Source: Candidatus Stahliibacteriota bacterium (GTDB taxonomy: Bacteria > Hydrothermota > Tepidihabitantia > SM23-42). Taken from it: DNA of 64,000 nucleotides. Under the pieces are notes generated by a model. It was not told where the DNA came from. It did not search any database and saw only the letters and a program-made list of their open reading frames with translations. The translations under genes were made by a program, and so were the position numbers. The DNA lies in assembly GCA_030602565.1 (NCBI GenBank), contig JAUVZL010000001.1:47233-111232 (forward strand), read 5' to 3'. Numbering within the stretch: the first letter of the stretch is position 1; the number at the start of each line of letters is the position of its first letter. Below are positions 1 to 9,176 of this stretch, in pieces.

Positions 1-104
1 TGAATAAAGAGATTTTTAGAGGGTTGCACGTGATATTTTATGCACAACACCCACTTAACTCTGAACAAATCCTGAACATTATCAGGAAGTTTCAGGAGCA
101 TTGA
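1..104 (+). CDS. rnpA: ribonuclease P protein component, C-terminal fragment (5' end outside window)
   Basis: Frame 3 is open from the window edge to TGA at 102-104, which overlaps the yidD ATG as TGATG. The C-terminus DIVFIAR-like ...GLHVIFYAQHPLNSEQILNIIRKFQEH resembles RnpA ends. The rnpA-yidD-yidC synteny supports it. Confidence 0.4.
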   Translation, partial: NKEIFRGLHVIFYAQHPLNSEQILNIIRKFQEH

Positions 105-400
105 TGAAATATATAGCGATTATTTTAATCCGGGTTTATCAAATAACCCTCAGCAGGATACTACCTAGAACCTGTCGTTTTACACCGTCCTGTTCGCAAT
201 ACGCAATTAGTGTCTTGAACAATCACGGTGTGTTAAAAGGCAGTATCTTGAGTTTCTTGCGTATACTGAGGTGCCATCCCTTCTGCTCAGGGGGTTGGGA
301 TCCAGCACCAGCACCAGGTAGGGGCTTTATTGATATAGTGAGATGTAAACCCCATAGGATGTTTGATATCCAACAGGGTAAGGAGTACAGCAATGAGTGA
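104..400 (+). CDS. yidD: membrane protein insertion efficiency factor YidD
   Basis: Motif CRFTPSCSQYAI...HG..KG..L...RILRCHPF..GGWDP is diagnostic for YidD. GGAG sits 6 nt upstream of ATG 104. The listed ORF start at 101 is TTG. Confidence 0.85.
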   Translation: MKYIAIILIRVYQITLSRILPRTCRFTPSCSQYAISVLNNHGVLKGSILSFLRILRCHPFCSGGWDPAPAPGRGFIDIVRCKPHRMFDIQQGKEYSNE

Positions 401-1934
401 TCGAGTGCGTACCGCCATGGCATTTCTCTTAATAATAGTAATTCTTTTAGTCTGGAATCTACTGAGCAAATCCCAAAAAACCATTGAGCCAACTAAACCT
501 GACCGTCTCGATACAACGATTATCAAGAGCCCGTCGGCGGTAAAAGACCTGCCAGTATCTGCTACGATGCCCGAACATGCAGATACAATCGTTATCGATA
601 GTCCTGAAATTAGTGTTGTTCTTTCCACCGCAGGCGCTTCAGTCAAAGAATTCTACCTTAAAAAATACGACGTTAATATTGTTCCTGAAGGTGAATACCT
701 GTTTGTTTCCAGACTCAACAACAATGAAATCCCTGTTTATGATAGTGATATCAGCGGTGATTCAATTGTCTTTACGTACTTGTATAAGGGCAATACCTAT
801 AGGAAAATCTATTACTTTAACAATCCCCACGGTTTTAGGCTTAAAACAGATATGCCTAATATCGCAGACCAAATTTTGAGCCTTAAAGCAGGGTTACGCA
901 TAACCGAAGAGAAAAATAAGGGAGAAGACCTTAGACACTTCAATGTGTACGTCAAAAACGAACAAGTTGAACAGCTGAAAAAGAAGGTGAAAGATAAACT
1001 AAAATACACCGCTGATGTTGACTGGTTGGCGCTTAGAACCAAGTATTTTGTTCTAGTAATAAATAATCTGAATATAATTAACACTATCAATTTTTACAAA
1101 TTGTTAAAGGATAGTCCCAAAGCGACGGCTGATATTGAAGTGGAGCATATTGATATTCACCGCGCGATGTTTGGTTGTTTCTATATGAGGGGCGGCGGTG
1201 ACCGTTACGGCGCAGAGATCATAGGAGCTGAGACAATAGATGTCGAAGTGCTCTTGTTGCCAATCAAGTATTCTGAACTGGCTAAGTTCGAAAGAGGCTA
1301 TGAGAAAATGGCATCCGGTGGGATAATGGGACCTATTTCACGGATAATCCTCTTGATTTTCAACCTATTCTATTCAATTTTCAAGAACTATGGTTTTTCT
1401 ATTGTATTTTTTGCTATTTTAATAAAGACTGTGTTTTTCCCGCTTGCGAGGAAAATGATACTCTCACAACAAAAGATGCAGATGATTCAACCTGAGCTAA
1501 AGAAAATACAGAAGAAATATAAGGAGGATCCACAGCGGCTAAATCAGGAGATGATGCAGTTGTATAAAACCTACAAAGTCAACCCTCTTGGCGGATGTCT
1601 CCCGCTTTTGATACAGATGCCGATCTTCTTTGCACTATATCAGACGCTAATTGCATCAATTGAGTTCAGACAGGCTCCGTTTATCTTCTGGCTCGTCGAT
1701 CTGTCTATAAAGGATCCAACATACGTATTACCGATTAGCATGGGCGTTATTATGCTCGTTCAATCTCTTATGACTACGCTTGACCCGAGGCAAAGATTCA
1801 TGGTCATTGTCATGCCTATATTCATGGTTTTTATCTTCTTAAATTTTCCGTCTGGACTGCAACTTTATTGGTTTTCATATAATATTTTAACTCTGCTTGA
1901 GCACATCATAACTAAAAGAGGAGGTATTAAATGA
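393..1934 (+). CDS. yidC: membrane protein insertase YidC
   Basis: The C-terminal 60-kDa IMP domain (KYKEDPQRLNQEMMQLYKTYKVNPLGGCLPLLIQMPIFFALYQ) is present. The N-terminal TM is followed by a periplasmic domain. AGGAG lies 7 nt before ATG 393, which is preferred over TTG 363. Confidence 0.9.
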   Translation: MSDRVRTAMAFLLIIVILLVWNLLSKSQKTIEPTKPDRLDTTIIKSPSAVKDLPVSATMPEHADTIVIDSPEISVVLSTAGASVKEFYLKKYDVNIVPEGEYLFVSRLNNNEIPVYDSDISGDSIVFTYLYKGNTYRKIYYFNNPHGFRLKTDMPNIADQILSLKAGLRITEEKNKGEDLRHFNVYVKNEQVEQLKKKVKDKLKYTADVDWLALRTKYFVLVINNLNIINTINFYKLLKDSPKATADIEVEHIDIHRAMFGCFYMRGGGDRYGAEIIGAETIDVEVLLLPIKYSELAKFERGYEKMASGGIMGPISRIILLIFNLFYSIFKNYGFSIVFFAILIKTVFFPLARKMILSQQKMQMIQPELKKIQKKYKEDPQRLNQEMMQLYKTYKVNPLGGCLPLLIQMPIFFALYQTLIASIEFRQAPFIFWLVDLSIKDPTYVLPISMGVIMLVQSLMTTLDPRQRFMVIVMPIFMVFIFLNFPSGLQLYWFSYNILTLLEHIITKRGGIK

Positions 1935-2530
1935 AAACGGTCGAAGCATCTGGTACTAATCTAACCGAAGCAATCGAAAATGGAATAAATATATTAAGGG
2001 TGAGGAAAGAAGAGATTGACTACGAAATCCTATCAGAAACTGATGAAGAAACGCAAGTGAAAGTAACAATCAAAGAACCTCGCCAGCATCTTTCCGAACT
2101 AGCAAGCTTCATCCTTACCAGTTGCGGATTCAAGCCGAATATTACGATCAGTAAAGATGATAAAGGACTGTACCTAAACATAAAAACAAAGCACACCGAC
2201 GCAATTCTGATCGGGAAGAAGGGAGAAACGCTCTGGTCCCTACAATACCTGATTTCCCGACTTATGAAGCGGTTTCACCCAAACCTCAAGATTCTAGTTG
2301 ATGTTGGTGGCTACCGAATGCGCCGGAATAATTTCCTGAAAAAGAAAGCAGAAGCCATTGCGTGTATTGTTTTACAGACCGGCAGAGAGATGGCTTTGGA
2401 TCCTTTGACCAAAAAGGAACAACAGATCGTTGAGCATAAGCTGGCTGAGATAAAAGGGGTTAAGATCTACACGATCGGTAAAGGAGTGAGCAAGAATGTT
2501 ATTATTGCTCCGAATGATGAGTTTAAATGA
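1931..2530 (+). CDS. jag: Jag/KhpB-family RNA-binding protein (KH + R3H domains)
   Basis: Size and position immediately after yidC (ATGA overlap) fit Jag. The C-terminal R3H-like segment (GGYRMRRNNFLKK...LAEIKGVKIYTIGKG) is present. Confidence 0.75.
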   Translation: MKTVEASGTNLTEAIENGINILRVRKEEIDYEILSETDEETQVKVTIKEPRQHLSELASFILTSCGFKPNITISKDDKGLYLNIKTKHTDAILIGKKGETLWSLQYLISRLMKRFHPNLKILVDVGGYRMRRNNFLKKKAEAIACIVLQTGREMALDPLTKKEQQIVEHKLAEIKGVKIYTIGKGVSKNVIIAPNDEFK

Positions 2531-3875
2531 TACAATAGTAGCTTGTGCAACAGCAGCTGGATATTCAAGCATAGCAGTACTCAGAGTTAGTGGTCCCGAA
2601 ACAAAGCAATATATAAACAAAATATTTCAATCAAAAAACACCGACGCGGAGCTTATGCCGAACCGCGCTTATTATGGTATGATTGTTAACCCCCAAACCG
2701 GCGATCTGATTGATAGAGTATTAGTAACTTTTTTCGAAGGACCGTATTCTTATACGGGTGAAGATGTGGCTGAAGTATCCTGTCACGGAAACCCGGTGAT
2801 AGTAGAAAAAATAGTAGCCCTATTGACTAATCTAGGCGCGCGTCTTGCACAAAGTGGTGAGTTTACCAAGCGTTCCTTATTGAATGGCAAGATTGACTTA
2901 CTCCAAGCCGAAGCAGTACTTGATACTGTACAAGCTACTTGTGACGAAGCCAGAAAACTGGCAATCGCCCAATATGAAGGTAAGCTTTCAGAAAAGGTTT
3001 ATGAGCTGCGTTCACAAATTGTCGACCTTTTATCGCGTGTAGAAGCGAATATTGATTTTCCTGAAGAAGAAGAGGTACAAGATGTTTTGAATAGTTCAAA
3101 ATCACAGATAGCCGATAAGTTATCAGTAATAATCAGTGCCATCGACATTTTGCTGAAAGGAGCGGAGCTGGGTAGGAAAATAAAAGAAGGTTATAAGGTG
3201 CTCATAGTTGGCCGCGCCAATGTCGGGAAGTCAACACTTTTCAACAAAATGATCGGGTTTGACCGAGCTATTACTCATGAAGAACCAGGTACAACACGCG
3301 ACTATATTGATGCCTGCATTGAACTCCATGGATTGTGCATCTGGCTGTATGACACGGCAGGTTTTCTTGATAAAGCTACTGGTTCGAATATTATCGCTCA
3401 GCAAAGGAGTTTAAAACTCCTGGACCAGGCTGATCTTGTCCTCCTCGTTTTTGATGGCAGCGAACCCATAAATGAACAGGATATCTCCCTTTACAGCCTA
3501 ACAAAAGAGAAAAACAGGGTGCTTGTCGTCAACAAGATAGACATGAATGTCAGACTTAATGAAAGTACGATATTGAGTGATTCAATAAAACTATCTGCTA
3601 AAACAGGTGAAAATTTGGATATGTTAACGAAGTGTATCAATGAGAAACTTATTCGGACATCAATGCCTAAACAGGTTTTTCTGACGAAACAAAGGCACGT
3701 TGATGCATTGAAAAAAGTAAAGGACTACCTGGAAAAGGGTATGAGTGCTGTTTCACCAGAACTCGTGGCTTTCGAACTTCATTCAGCCCTTGAAACAATT
3801 GGTGAGTTAACTGGAAAGGTTATGCGTAAGGACATACTTGAAAAGATATTCAATGAATTCTGCATTGGCAAATAG
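2514..3875 (+). CDS. mnmE: tRNA modification GTPase MnmE
   Basis: N-terminus DTIVACATAAG and G-domain GRANVGKSTLFN...DTAG are present. The C-terminal CIGK tetrapeptide is diagnostic. The start is chosen at ATG 2514 (MSLND) rather than 2496. Confidence 0.9.
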   Translation: MMSLNDTIVACATAAGYSSIAVLRVSGPETKQYINKIFQSKNTDAELMPNRAYYGMIVNPQTGDLIDRVLVTFFEGPYSYTGEDVAEVSCHGNPVIVEKIVALLTNLGARLAQSGEFTKRSLLNGKIDLLQAEAVLDTVQATCDEARKLAIAQYEGKLSEKVYELRSQIVDLLSRVEANIDFPEEEEVQDVLNSSKSQIADKLSVIISAIDILLKGAELGRKIKEGYKVLIVGRANVGKSTLFNKMIGFDRAITHEEPGTTRDYIDACIELHGLCIWLYDTAGFLDKATGSNIIAQQRSLKLLDQADLVLLVFDGSEPINEQDISLYSLTKEKNRVLVVNKIDMNVRLNESTILSDSIKLSAKTGENLDMLTKCINEKLIRTSMPKQVFLTKQRHVDALKKVKDYLEKGMSAVSPELVAFELHSALETIGELTGKVMRKDILEKIFNEFCIGK

Positions 3876-3903
3876 TTGACTTTGACATTTTTTTACCTAT
3901 AAT
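3876..3903 (+). promoter_or_regulatory. sigma70-type promoter (TTGACT-16-TATAAT) positioned for leaderless transcription of the 3910 gene
   Basis: TTGACT at 3876-3881 and TATAAT at 3898-3903 are separated by a 16-nt spacer. The GTG start codon lies 7 nt after the -10, with no SD. Confidence 0.4.
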
Positions 3904-3909
3904 GATACC

Positions 3910-4815
3910 GTGATTATTGATCCGATTGATCTCAAAATAATACGCCTGCTTGAGTTGCACGGCAGTATCCCACTTCATGAGATCATTAGTAAGTTTCAGA
4001 TCACCAAAGAGGAAGTCCTGCTGCGTGTTAAGAATTTCGAAGACACTGGCTTCATAGAGAACTACGGCATCAAACTGTTCCTGCCAGGCATAATGGGCGG
4101 CAAGTGGTACTGGGGTTGCATCGCTGCGGAAACAACCGCCCGTTTTAAACCAGAACGCTCGATCCCGTGCCTTGAAGAAGTTGTTGAGAATCTAACATTT
4201 CCGCGGGGTGTCTGTCCCAATATCTCACTATTATTTTATACGAAGCAACTGAAGGAAACCTATCGAATCATAAATAAAACACCAGGTATTAAGTATGCCG
4301 AGATCTATAAGATCGACGAATATAATATAGCGGTGCCAAAGATAATGATAAAAGAAGGCTGGCAGCTCATTGCCCGATTGTATGATCAGCTACGTCAGTT
4401 AAACTATGAAAAAATAAATTCAATGGTGAATAACCCTATGTCAGAGAATGATATAAAGCTCTCACGGATGATCTGGTCGAGAAGGAATCGAAAGGGGATT
4501 ATCTCGATTTTCCCGAATTTCAATTGGTCAGCGTTAAAGAACTACGCCCACCTCCACCTGGCGTTAACGACGAAACTGAGGATTAAGGAACTGAGAAGAC
4601 TTGTTAACCGGGTGGGTTTTTCAGGAAACATCACCTCGCGATTCAAAAAGAGATTTATCCAGGTCGAATTCGATATATGGGGTTTTTCAGATATGCAGAA
4701 GATACTCAGTTCTCTTAAGGAAATAGGTGGACTGACTATCGAAGGGTATTCGTTAGCATATAAAAACACAATTAGAAATGCTTGGATTAAAAAATACATC
4801 AAAGAGAGCATATAG
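3910..4815 (+). CDS. hypothetical protein with N-terminal AsnC/Lrp-type winged HTH
   Basis: IDLKIIRLLELHGSIPLHEIISKFQITKEEVLLRVKNFEDTGFIENYG matches the Lrp/AsnC HTH pattern. The remaining ~240 aa are unrecognised. The start is GTG with no in-frame ATG upstream. Confidence 0.55.
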   Translation: MIIDPIDLKIIRLLELHGSIPLHEIISKFQITKEEVLLRVKNFEDTGFIENYGIKLFLPGIMGGKWYWGCIAAETTARFKPERSIPCLEEVVENLTFPRGVCPNISLLFYTKQLKETYRIINKTPGIKYAEIYKIDEYNIAVPKIMIKEGWQLIARLYDQLRQLNYEKINSMVNNPMSENDIKLSRMIWSRRNRKGIISIFPNFNWSALKNYAHLHLALTTKLRIKELRRLVNRVGFSGNITSRFKKRFIQVEFDIWGFSDMQKILSSLKEIGGLTIEGYSLAYKNTIRNAWIKKYIKESI

Positions 4816-5998
4816 TTACATCTCTCCGCTAGTATTCCTGTTCGCCCTGGTTTTAGGCTGTCCAGCTAAGGAAGATGTTACTGAGCAGGTTGTTCGTACT
4901 ACAGTATGTTATGTTGTCAAAAAAGGTGAAGTTCTGGAGGATATTCTCGATCGTGAGCTACCGCATCAATCAACTACTGAGGTGCTGAGTGCTATGAAGA
5001 ACGCCGGGTTTCCGTTCCGTTATTGTATACCTGGCGATTCAGTTACCCTGGCGTTTGAGGATAGTCTTTTCTTAAATCTTACATATAAACAAAGTATCAC
5101 ACGTGAATACTATGTCACAAAGGGAAGTCAACACCTGTGTGTTTCTATGAAACTACCATACATCGATACAGTGGTGTGCATTATCACTGGAGCGATTCAA
5201 TCAACCCTCTATGAAACTCTTTTAGAACAAGGAGAAACACCCAATCTGGTGTTTAGATTTGTGGACATCTTTGCATGGGAAATAGATTTCGTTACTGAAA
5301 CCCAAAAGCATGATTCTTTTTTCGTCCTATTGGAAAAGACCTTCTGTGATTCACGGTTTATTGGATATCAGAACATACTCGCGACGTGTTACAACGGCGA
5401 TATCGGTCTATACTATGGCGTATATTACATGGATGCCACTGGTCATGAGGACTATTACAACTTGAAGGGAGAGTCGCTCCGCAAATCCCTATTGAAATCG
5501 CCTTTAAGATTTTCATATATTAGCTCATATTTCTCAAAACGTAGGTTCCATCCGATTCTAAAGATCTGGCGACCGCACCACGGTTTAGACTACTGTGCAC
5601 CTATTGGTACGCCGATATCCTCAATCGGCGACGGCGTGGTGACTTATAAAGGATGGCGCGGTGGTTATGGCAACCTTGTTGAAATAAGACACAAAAACAA
5701 TTTCAAGACGCGTTACGGTCACCTTTCAAAATTCGCCAAGGGTTTGTACAAAGGGAAAAAAGTCAAGACGGGTGAATTAATAGGCTATGTTGGTTCAACC
5801 GGGCTATCAACCGGGCCACATCTTCATTTCGAGTTGCACAAAAATGGTGTGCCGATAAATCCACTAAAGGTCAAGATCCCTCGAGCACCATCAGTGGGAA
5901 AAAAATATATGACTGATTTCGAACAATATCGTGATTCCCTGTTAAAATATATCGAACAATTATCACAACCTGCTGGAGAAGAAATATCAAAAGATTAA
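4778..5998 (+). CDS. M23 family metallopeptidase (LytM domain), likely lipoprotein
   Basis: The C-terminal HHGLDYCAPIGTPI...GYVGSTGLSTGPHLHFELH carries the M23 HxxxD and HxH motifs. The N-terminal hydrophobic segment ends in LGC (lipobox-like). The start overlaps the previous ORF. Confidence 0.8.
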   Translation: MLGLKNTSKRAYSYISPLVFLFALVLGCPAKEDVTEQVVRTTVCYVVKKGEVLEDILDRELPHQSTTEVLSAMKNAGFPFRYCIPGDSVTLAFEDSLFLNLTYKQSITREYYVTKGSQHLCVSMKLPYIDTVVCIITGAIQSTLYETLLEQGETPNLVFRFVDIFAWEIDFVTETQKHDSFFVLLEKTFCDSRFIGYQNILATCYNGDIGLYYGVYYMDATGHEDYYNLKGESLRKSLLKSPLRFSYISSYFSKRRFHPILKIWRPHHGLDYCAPIGTPISSIGDGVVTYKGWRGGYGNLVEIRHKNNFKTRYGHLSKFAKGLYKGKKVKTGELIGYVGSTGLSTGPHLHFELHKNGVPINPLKVKIPRAPSVGKKYMTDFEQYRDSLLKYIEQLSQPAGEEISKD

Positions 5999-6068
5999 AG
6001 TGCGTTATAGTGAAAAATAAAAGCTTTTTCTTGTTTTTTGTGATTTGTCCCGTTACTTTTTATCATCT

Positions 6069-6135
6069 GTTTAGGTATTTACCCCATTTAGATAGTAAAC
6101 ATCTAACGGGGTTTAGGCATTTAGGTATTTGATTT
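6069..6135. repeat. CCTAAATACCTAAA-family repeat module (rc orientation) with embedded hairpin
   Basis: gtttaggtattta and gtttaggcatttaggtatttgattt flank the hairpin ccccatttagat...atctaacgggg. The same motif recurs at 12387, 28608 and 36771. Confidence 0.6.
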
Positions 6136-6191
6136 ATTTAAGGAGTAGTTGCCCAATTTATTGGGCTATTGGAGAGAAATGAGGAGGTTTG

Positions 6192-6905
6192 ATGCCCATA
6201 CATTTAAAAGCGAACAAAGGCGATTATGCGCCCACTGTGCTTCTGGTTGGAGATCCAGGTAGGGCTGATAGAATAAGTAAGCTATTAGATAAAACAAGAC
6301 TGGTCAATGACAACCGGGGGCTGTTTGGGTATACTGGACAATACAAAAGTAAAGAAGTATCGGTACAAACTACTGGCATGGGATGTCCTTCAGCTGCGAT
6401 CGTGGTTGAAGAACTGATCCAGCTCGATGTCAAAAGATTCATTAGGATAGGCACATGCGGTGGTATAGGTGAACACATAAGACCATTGGACATCGTTGCC
6501 GCGGTAGCTGCTTCACCTTTTGACGGAACAACTCAGACTTATTTGAGACATGAACCACTTGCACCCTATGCGACTTTCGAGATATTGAAGGCGGCACACG
6601 ATATTTCCAGGGCTCTGGACATTAAGGTATGTTTCAGCGGTGTTGCAAGTGTTGATGTGTTCTATAACCCCTTTCCTGATTATGTCGATAATCTCAGGAA
6701 AAAGGGTGTCGTTGCGGTGGAGATGGAGACTAGTCTAATATACTATCTGGCAAACCGTAGCAATAAAGAAGCAGCTTCTTTCTTACTTGTTTCGGATATA
6801 GTCGGTGGCGATGAACACTTCACTAAATACGTTACTGAGCAAGAACTGGCTGAAGGGATGGAAACTCTGATTAATTTTGTGCTTGAGGTTTTCATTAATT
6901 TGTAG
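6192..6905 (+). CDS. deoD: purine nucleoside phosphorylase, DeoD-type (PNP/UDP family 1)
   Basis: The N-terminus HLKANKGDYAPTVLLVGDPGRADRI...GYTGQYKSKEVSVQTTGMGCPSAAIVVEEL aligns with E. coli DeoD. A GAGGAGG SD is present. A perfect palindrome GCCCAATTTATTGGGC at 6151-6166 lies just upstream. Confidence 0.8.
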   Translation: MPIHLKANKGDYAPTVLLVGDPGRADRISKLLDKTRLVNDNRGLFGYTGQYKSKEVSVQTTGMGCPSAAIVVEELIQLDVKRFIRIGTCGGIGEHIRPLDIVAAVAASPFDGTTQTYLRHEPLAPYATFEILKAAHDISRALDIKVCFSGVASVDVFYNPFPDYVDNLRKKGVVAVEMETSLIYYLANRSNKEAASFLLVSDIVGGDEHFTKYVTEQELAEGMETLINFVLEVFINL

Positions 6906-6925
6906 TATTATTGCATAGGAGTAAA

Positions 6926-7123
6926 ATGGAGAAATGGCGTTGTTCAATCTGCGGTTATATATACGACCTGCAGCTCGGTGAAACTGAATCTGGCATAGAA
7001 CCAGGCCGCTTTTTTTCTGCATTACCTGAATACTGGGGGTGCCCGGACTGTGGTGCATCAAAAGAATATTTTGAACGAATTGATGATGATATAATATCCA
7101 ATAAGGATGATGGTGCTAGCTGA
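6926..7123 (+). CDS. rubredoxin
   Basis: WRCSICGYIYD...FSALPEYWGCPDCGASKEYF carries the two CxxCG knuckles and the conserved aromatic core. AGGAG lies upstream of ATG 6926. Confidence 0.85.
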   Translation: MEKWRCSICGYIYDLQLGETESGIEPGRFFSALPEYWGCPDCGASKEYFERIDDDIISNKDDGAS

Positions 7124-7550
7124 ATATCTTGCTAAAAACAGAATTCTGTTCGACCTTGATGTAGTAGACTACAAGCAGGTGATGGAACAGATGCTCCACG
7201 TCAGTGCAGTAGAAACATCTGAAGCGATTGAGCGAATTATGGAACGAGAGACGACCATGTCAACTGTTTTGGGTAACGGGGTTGCTCTGCCACGTGTTAT
7301 TCTTGAGAATAAGGCAAAAACCGAAGTCATTATGGCAATAATACCAAAAGGTGCAAAGTTTGAAAGTCTTGATCTATTGCCAATCAAAATAATAATCCTC
7401 CATCTTTTTTCGAAACAAGATGACCACGCTGCCATACTGGCGCAGACTTTAAGACTAATGAATGACGACAATCTTAAGAGCGAAATCATCAACTGTCGAA
7501 CAGGTAATGATGTAATAGAAGTCATTAGAGAATGGGAAGAGGATGAATGA
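7107..7550 (+). CDS. PTS EIIA type-2 (PtsN-like) domain protein, active-site His replaced by Arg
   Basis: ERETTMSTVLGNGVALPRV aligns to the EIIA-2 motif ...TgigngiAiPHg. The phosphorylatable His position reads Arg. Size is 147 aa. Confidence 0.5.
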   Translation: MMVLAEYLAKNRILFDLDVVDYKQVMEQMLHVSAVETSEAIERIMERETTMSTVLGNGVALPRVILENKAKTEVIMAIIPKGAKFESLDLLPIKIIILHLFSKQDDHAAILAQTLRLMNDDNLKSEIINCRTGNDVIEVIREWEEDE

Positions 7551-7897
7551 AGAAAAACACCAAGGTTCTTCTTTTGATATTCTGGATCCTAATTATATTC
7601 GTTCTCACCGGATATCCAACATTAAGAGTACCCACGATTAAAGATCTACCGATCGACAAATTGTATCATTTCATACTATTCTTTGTTTTGGGTATTTTGG
7701 AATACCGGCTATTGAAGACCTGTCTTTTTTTCGCAATCGGCTGCAGCGTTGCCTTTCTCGCAGAATTTCAGCAAATTTTTATACCAGGACGTGGTTTTGA
7801 ATTACTCGATATCGGCTTCGGCTTATTAGGCCTTCTCGTTTCATATATGATTTTCCACAGAAGGAGTGCAATTAGAAATGCTATATCAAAAACCTAA
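7547..7897 (+). CDS. VanZ-like family membrane protein
   Basis: A small multi-TM protein with the D...LYH and EFQQ-F-PGR-F...D..N..G motifs typical of VanZ-like proteins. It is translationally coupled (ATGA) to the upstream gene. Confidence 0.55.
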   Translation: MKKNTKVLLLIFWILIIFVLTGYPTLRVPTIKDLPIDKLYHFILFFVLGILEYRLLKTCLFFAIGCSVAFLAEFQQIFIPGRGFELLDIGFGLLGLLVSYMIFHRRSAIRNAISKT

Positions 7898-9116
7898 GGG
7901 GACAAGAGACATTTACGGTAAAGAGCTGAAAAGAATTGAAGCAGTATGTAATGCAGCCCGCAGTTTCTTTGTCAGGAATGGTTATCAAGAAATAAGAACT
8001 CCGGCGTTTGAAATGGCCGATCTCTTCATACGTTCAATCGGCGAACACACTGATATTGTCGAAAAAGAAAACTATACTTTCAAAGCCGGCAAAAGAGTAT
8101 ACATGCTTAGACCTGAAGGAACTGCATCAGTCCTGCGGGCAATTATCGAAAACAAAATCCCTTTGCCGCGTCGTTTCCTGTATATTGAGCCGATGTACCG
8201 AAAAGAGCGACCCCAGAAAGGGAGGTATCGCGAGTTCATCCAGATCGGTATTGAATTGATTGGTGAAGACGATCCTATATACGATGCGGAAATGATTGAA
8301 CAGGGAAAGAGATTTCTGGAGTCAGTCGGCGCCAGTGGCTTTACTATAGAAGTTAACTCAATAGGATGCCCGAAGTGTCGTTCTCTCTACAAAAAGGCTC
8401 TCAAAGATTTCTTGAGAGCTAAAACAAACGTGCTTTGTTCGAATTGCACGGTTCGGTTAGATAAGAATTTTCTGCGCATCTTTGACTGCAAAGAACAAAA
8501 ATGTCAAGAAATCTACGATACCGCGCCGAAGATCACCGACAACCTTTGTGCAAACTGTACCCAACACTACGCAACAGTCAAAAAGTTTCTTGCAGAATTT
8601 AGTATTGAATTCACGGAAAACAAAAAACTCGTGCGCGGACTTGATTACTACACCCGGACTGTATTTGAGTTCAAACACCAACTCCTTGGCGCGCGGGATA
8701 CGATACTAGCTGGTGGTCGGTACGACCTCCTCATGGAAGAACTCGGTGGTGTAAATGCACCGGCTTTAGGATGGGCAATGGGTGTTGATTGCGTAATTCT
8801 TAGTTTACCTGATGAACAACCGCCTCTTGTGCAGAGAAAAAGATTTTTCATTGCGACAATAGGGGAGGGGTTGATAACTGAGACCGTAGAATTGCGAAAT
8901 ACGATACAGAAAAATGATCACGTCTGTATTATGGGAAACCCAAAGGACTCGGTCAAACGCCAGCTCAAAAAAGCCAATCGTCTTCAAGTAGACTACACTA
9001 TTTTGTATGGAGAAGATGAAGCAAAGGCAAAAGTGTGCAGCATGAAAGACATGGAAAGCGGTGAGCAGAAACAAGTGGCTTTAAAAGACTTTGCGTCGTT
9101 TGTAAAAACTATCTAA
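7878..9116 (+). CDS. hisS: histidine--tRNA ligase
   Basis: Class II aaRS motifs are present (KGTRD, RPEGT, GGRYD). A Cys-rich insertion spans CPKCRS...CSNC...CKEQKC...CANC. AGGAG lies 11 nt before ATG 7878. Confidence 0.9.
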   Translation: MLYQKPKGTRDIYGKELKRIEAVCNAARSFFVRNGYQEIRTPAFEMADLFIRSIGEHTDIVEKENYTFKAGKRVYMLRPEGTASVLRAIIENKIPLPRRFLYIEPMYRKERPQKGRYREFIQIGIELIGEDDPIYDAEMIEQGKRFLESVGASGFTIEVNSIGCPKCRSLYKKALKDFLRAKTNVLCSNCTVRLDKNFLRIFDCKEQKCQEIYDTAPKITDNLCANCTQHYATVKKFLAEFSIEFTENKKLVRGLDYYTRTVFEFKHQLLGARDTILAGGRYDLLMEELGGVNAPALGWAMGVDCVILSLPDEQPPLVQRKRFFIATIGEGLITETVELRNTIQKNDHVCIMGNPKDSVKRQLKKANRLQVDYTILYGEDEAKAKVCSMKDMESGEQKQVALKDFASFVKTI

Positions 9117-9125
9117 GAACAAAGG

Positions 9126-9167
9126 GTTAGGAAAAAAGGGGCGGATTTCCGCCCCTTTTTTCCTAAC
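9126..9167. terminator. bidirectional intrinsic terminator (42-bp perfect palindrome) between convergent hisS and S8 protease
   Basis: gttaggAAAAAAGGGGCGGAtttCCGCCCCTTTTTTcctaac forms a GC stem flanked by an A-run and a T-run. Confidence 0.7.
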
Positions 9168-9176
9168 ATGACTACC

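Noticed and set aside
577-1090. ORFs 577-879(+) and 812-1090(-) inside yidC
   Set aside because: They are alternative-frame ORFs within a confidently identified gene.
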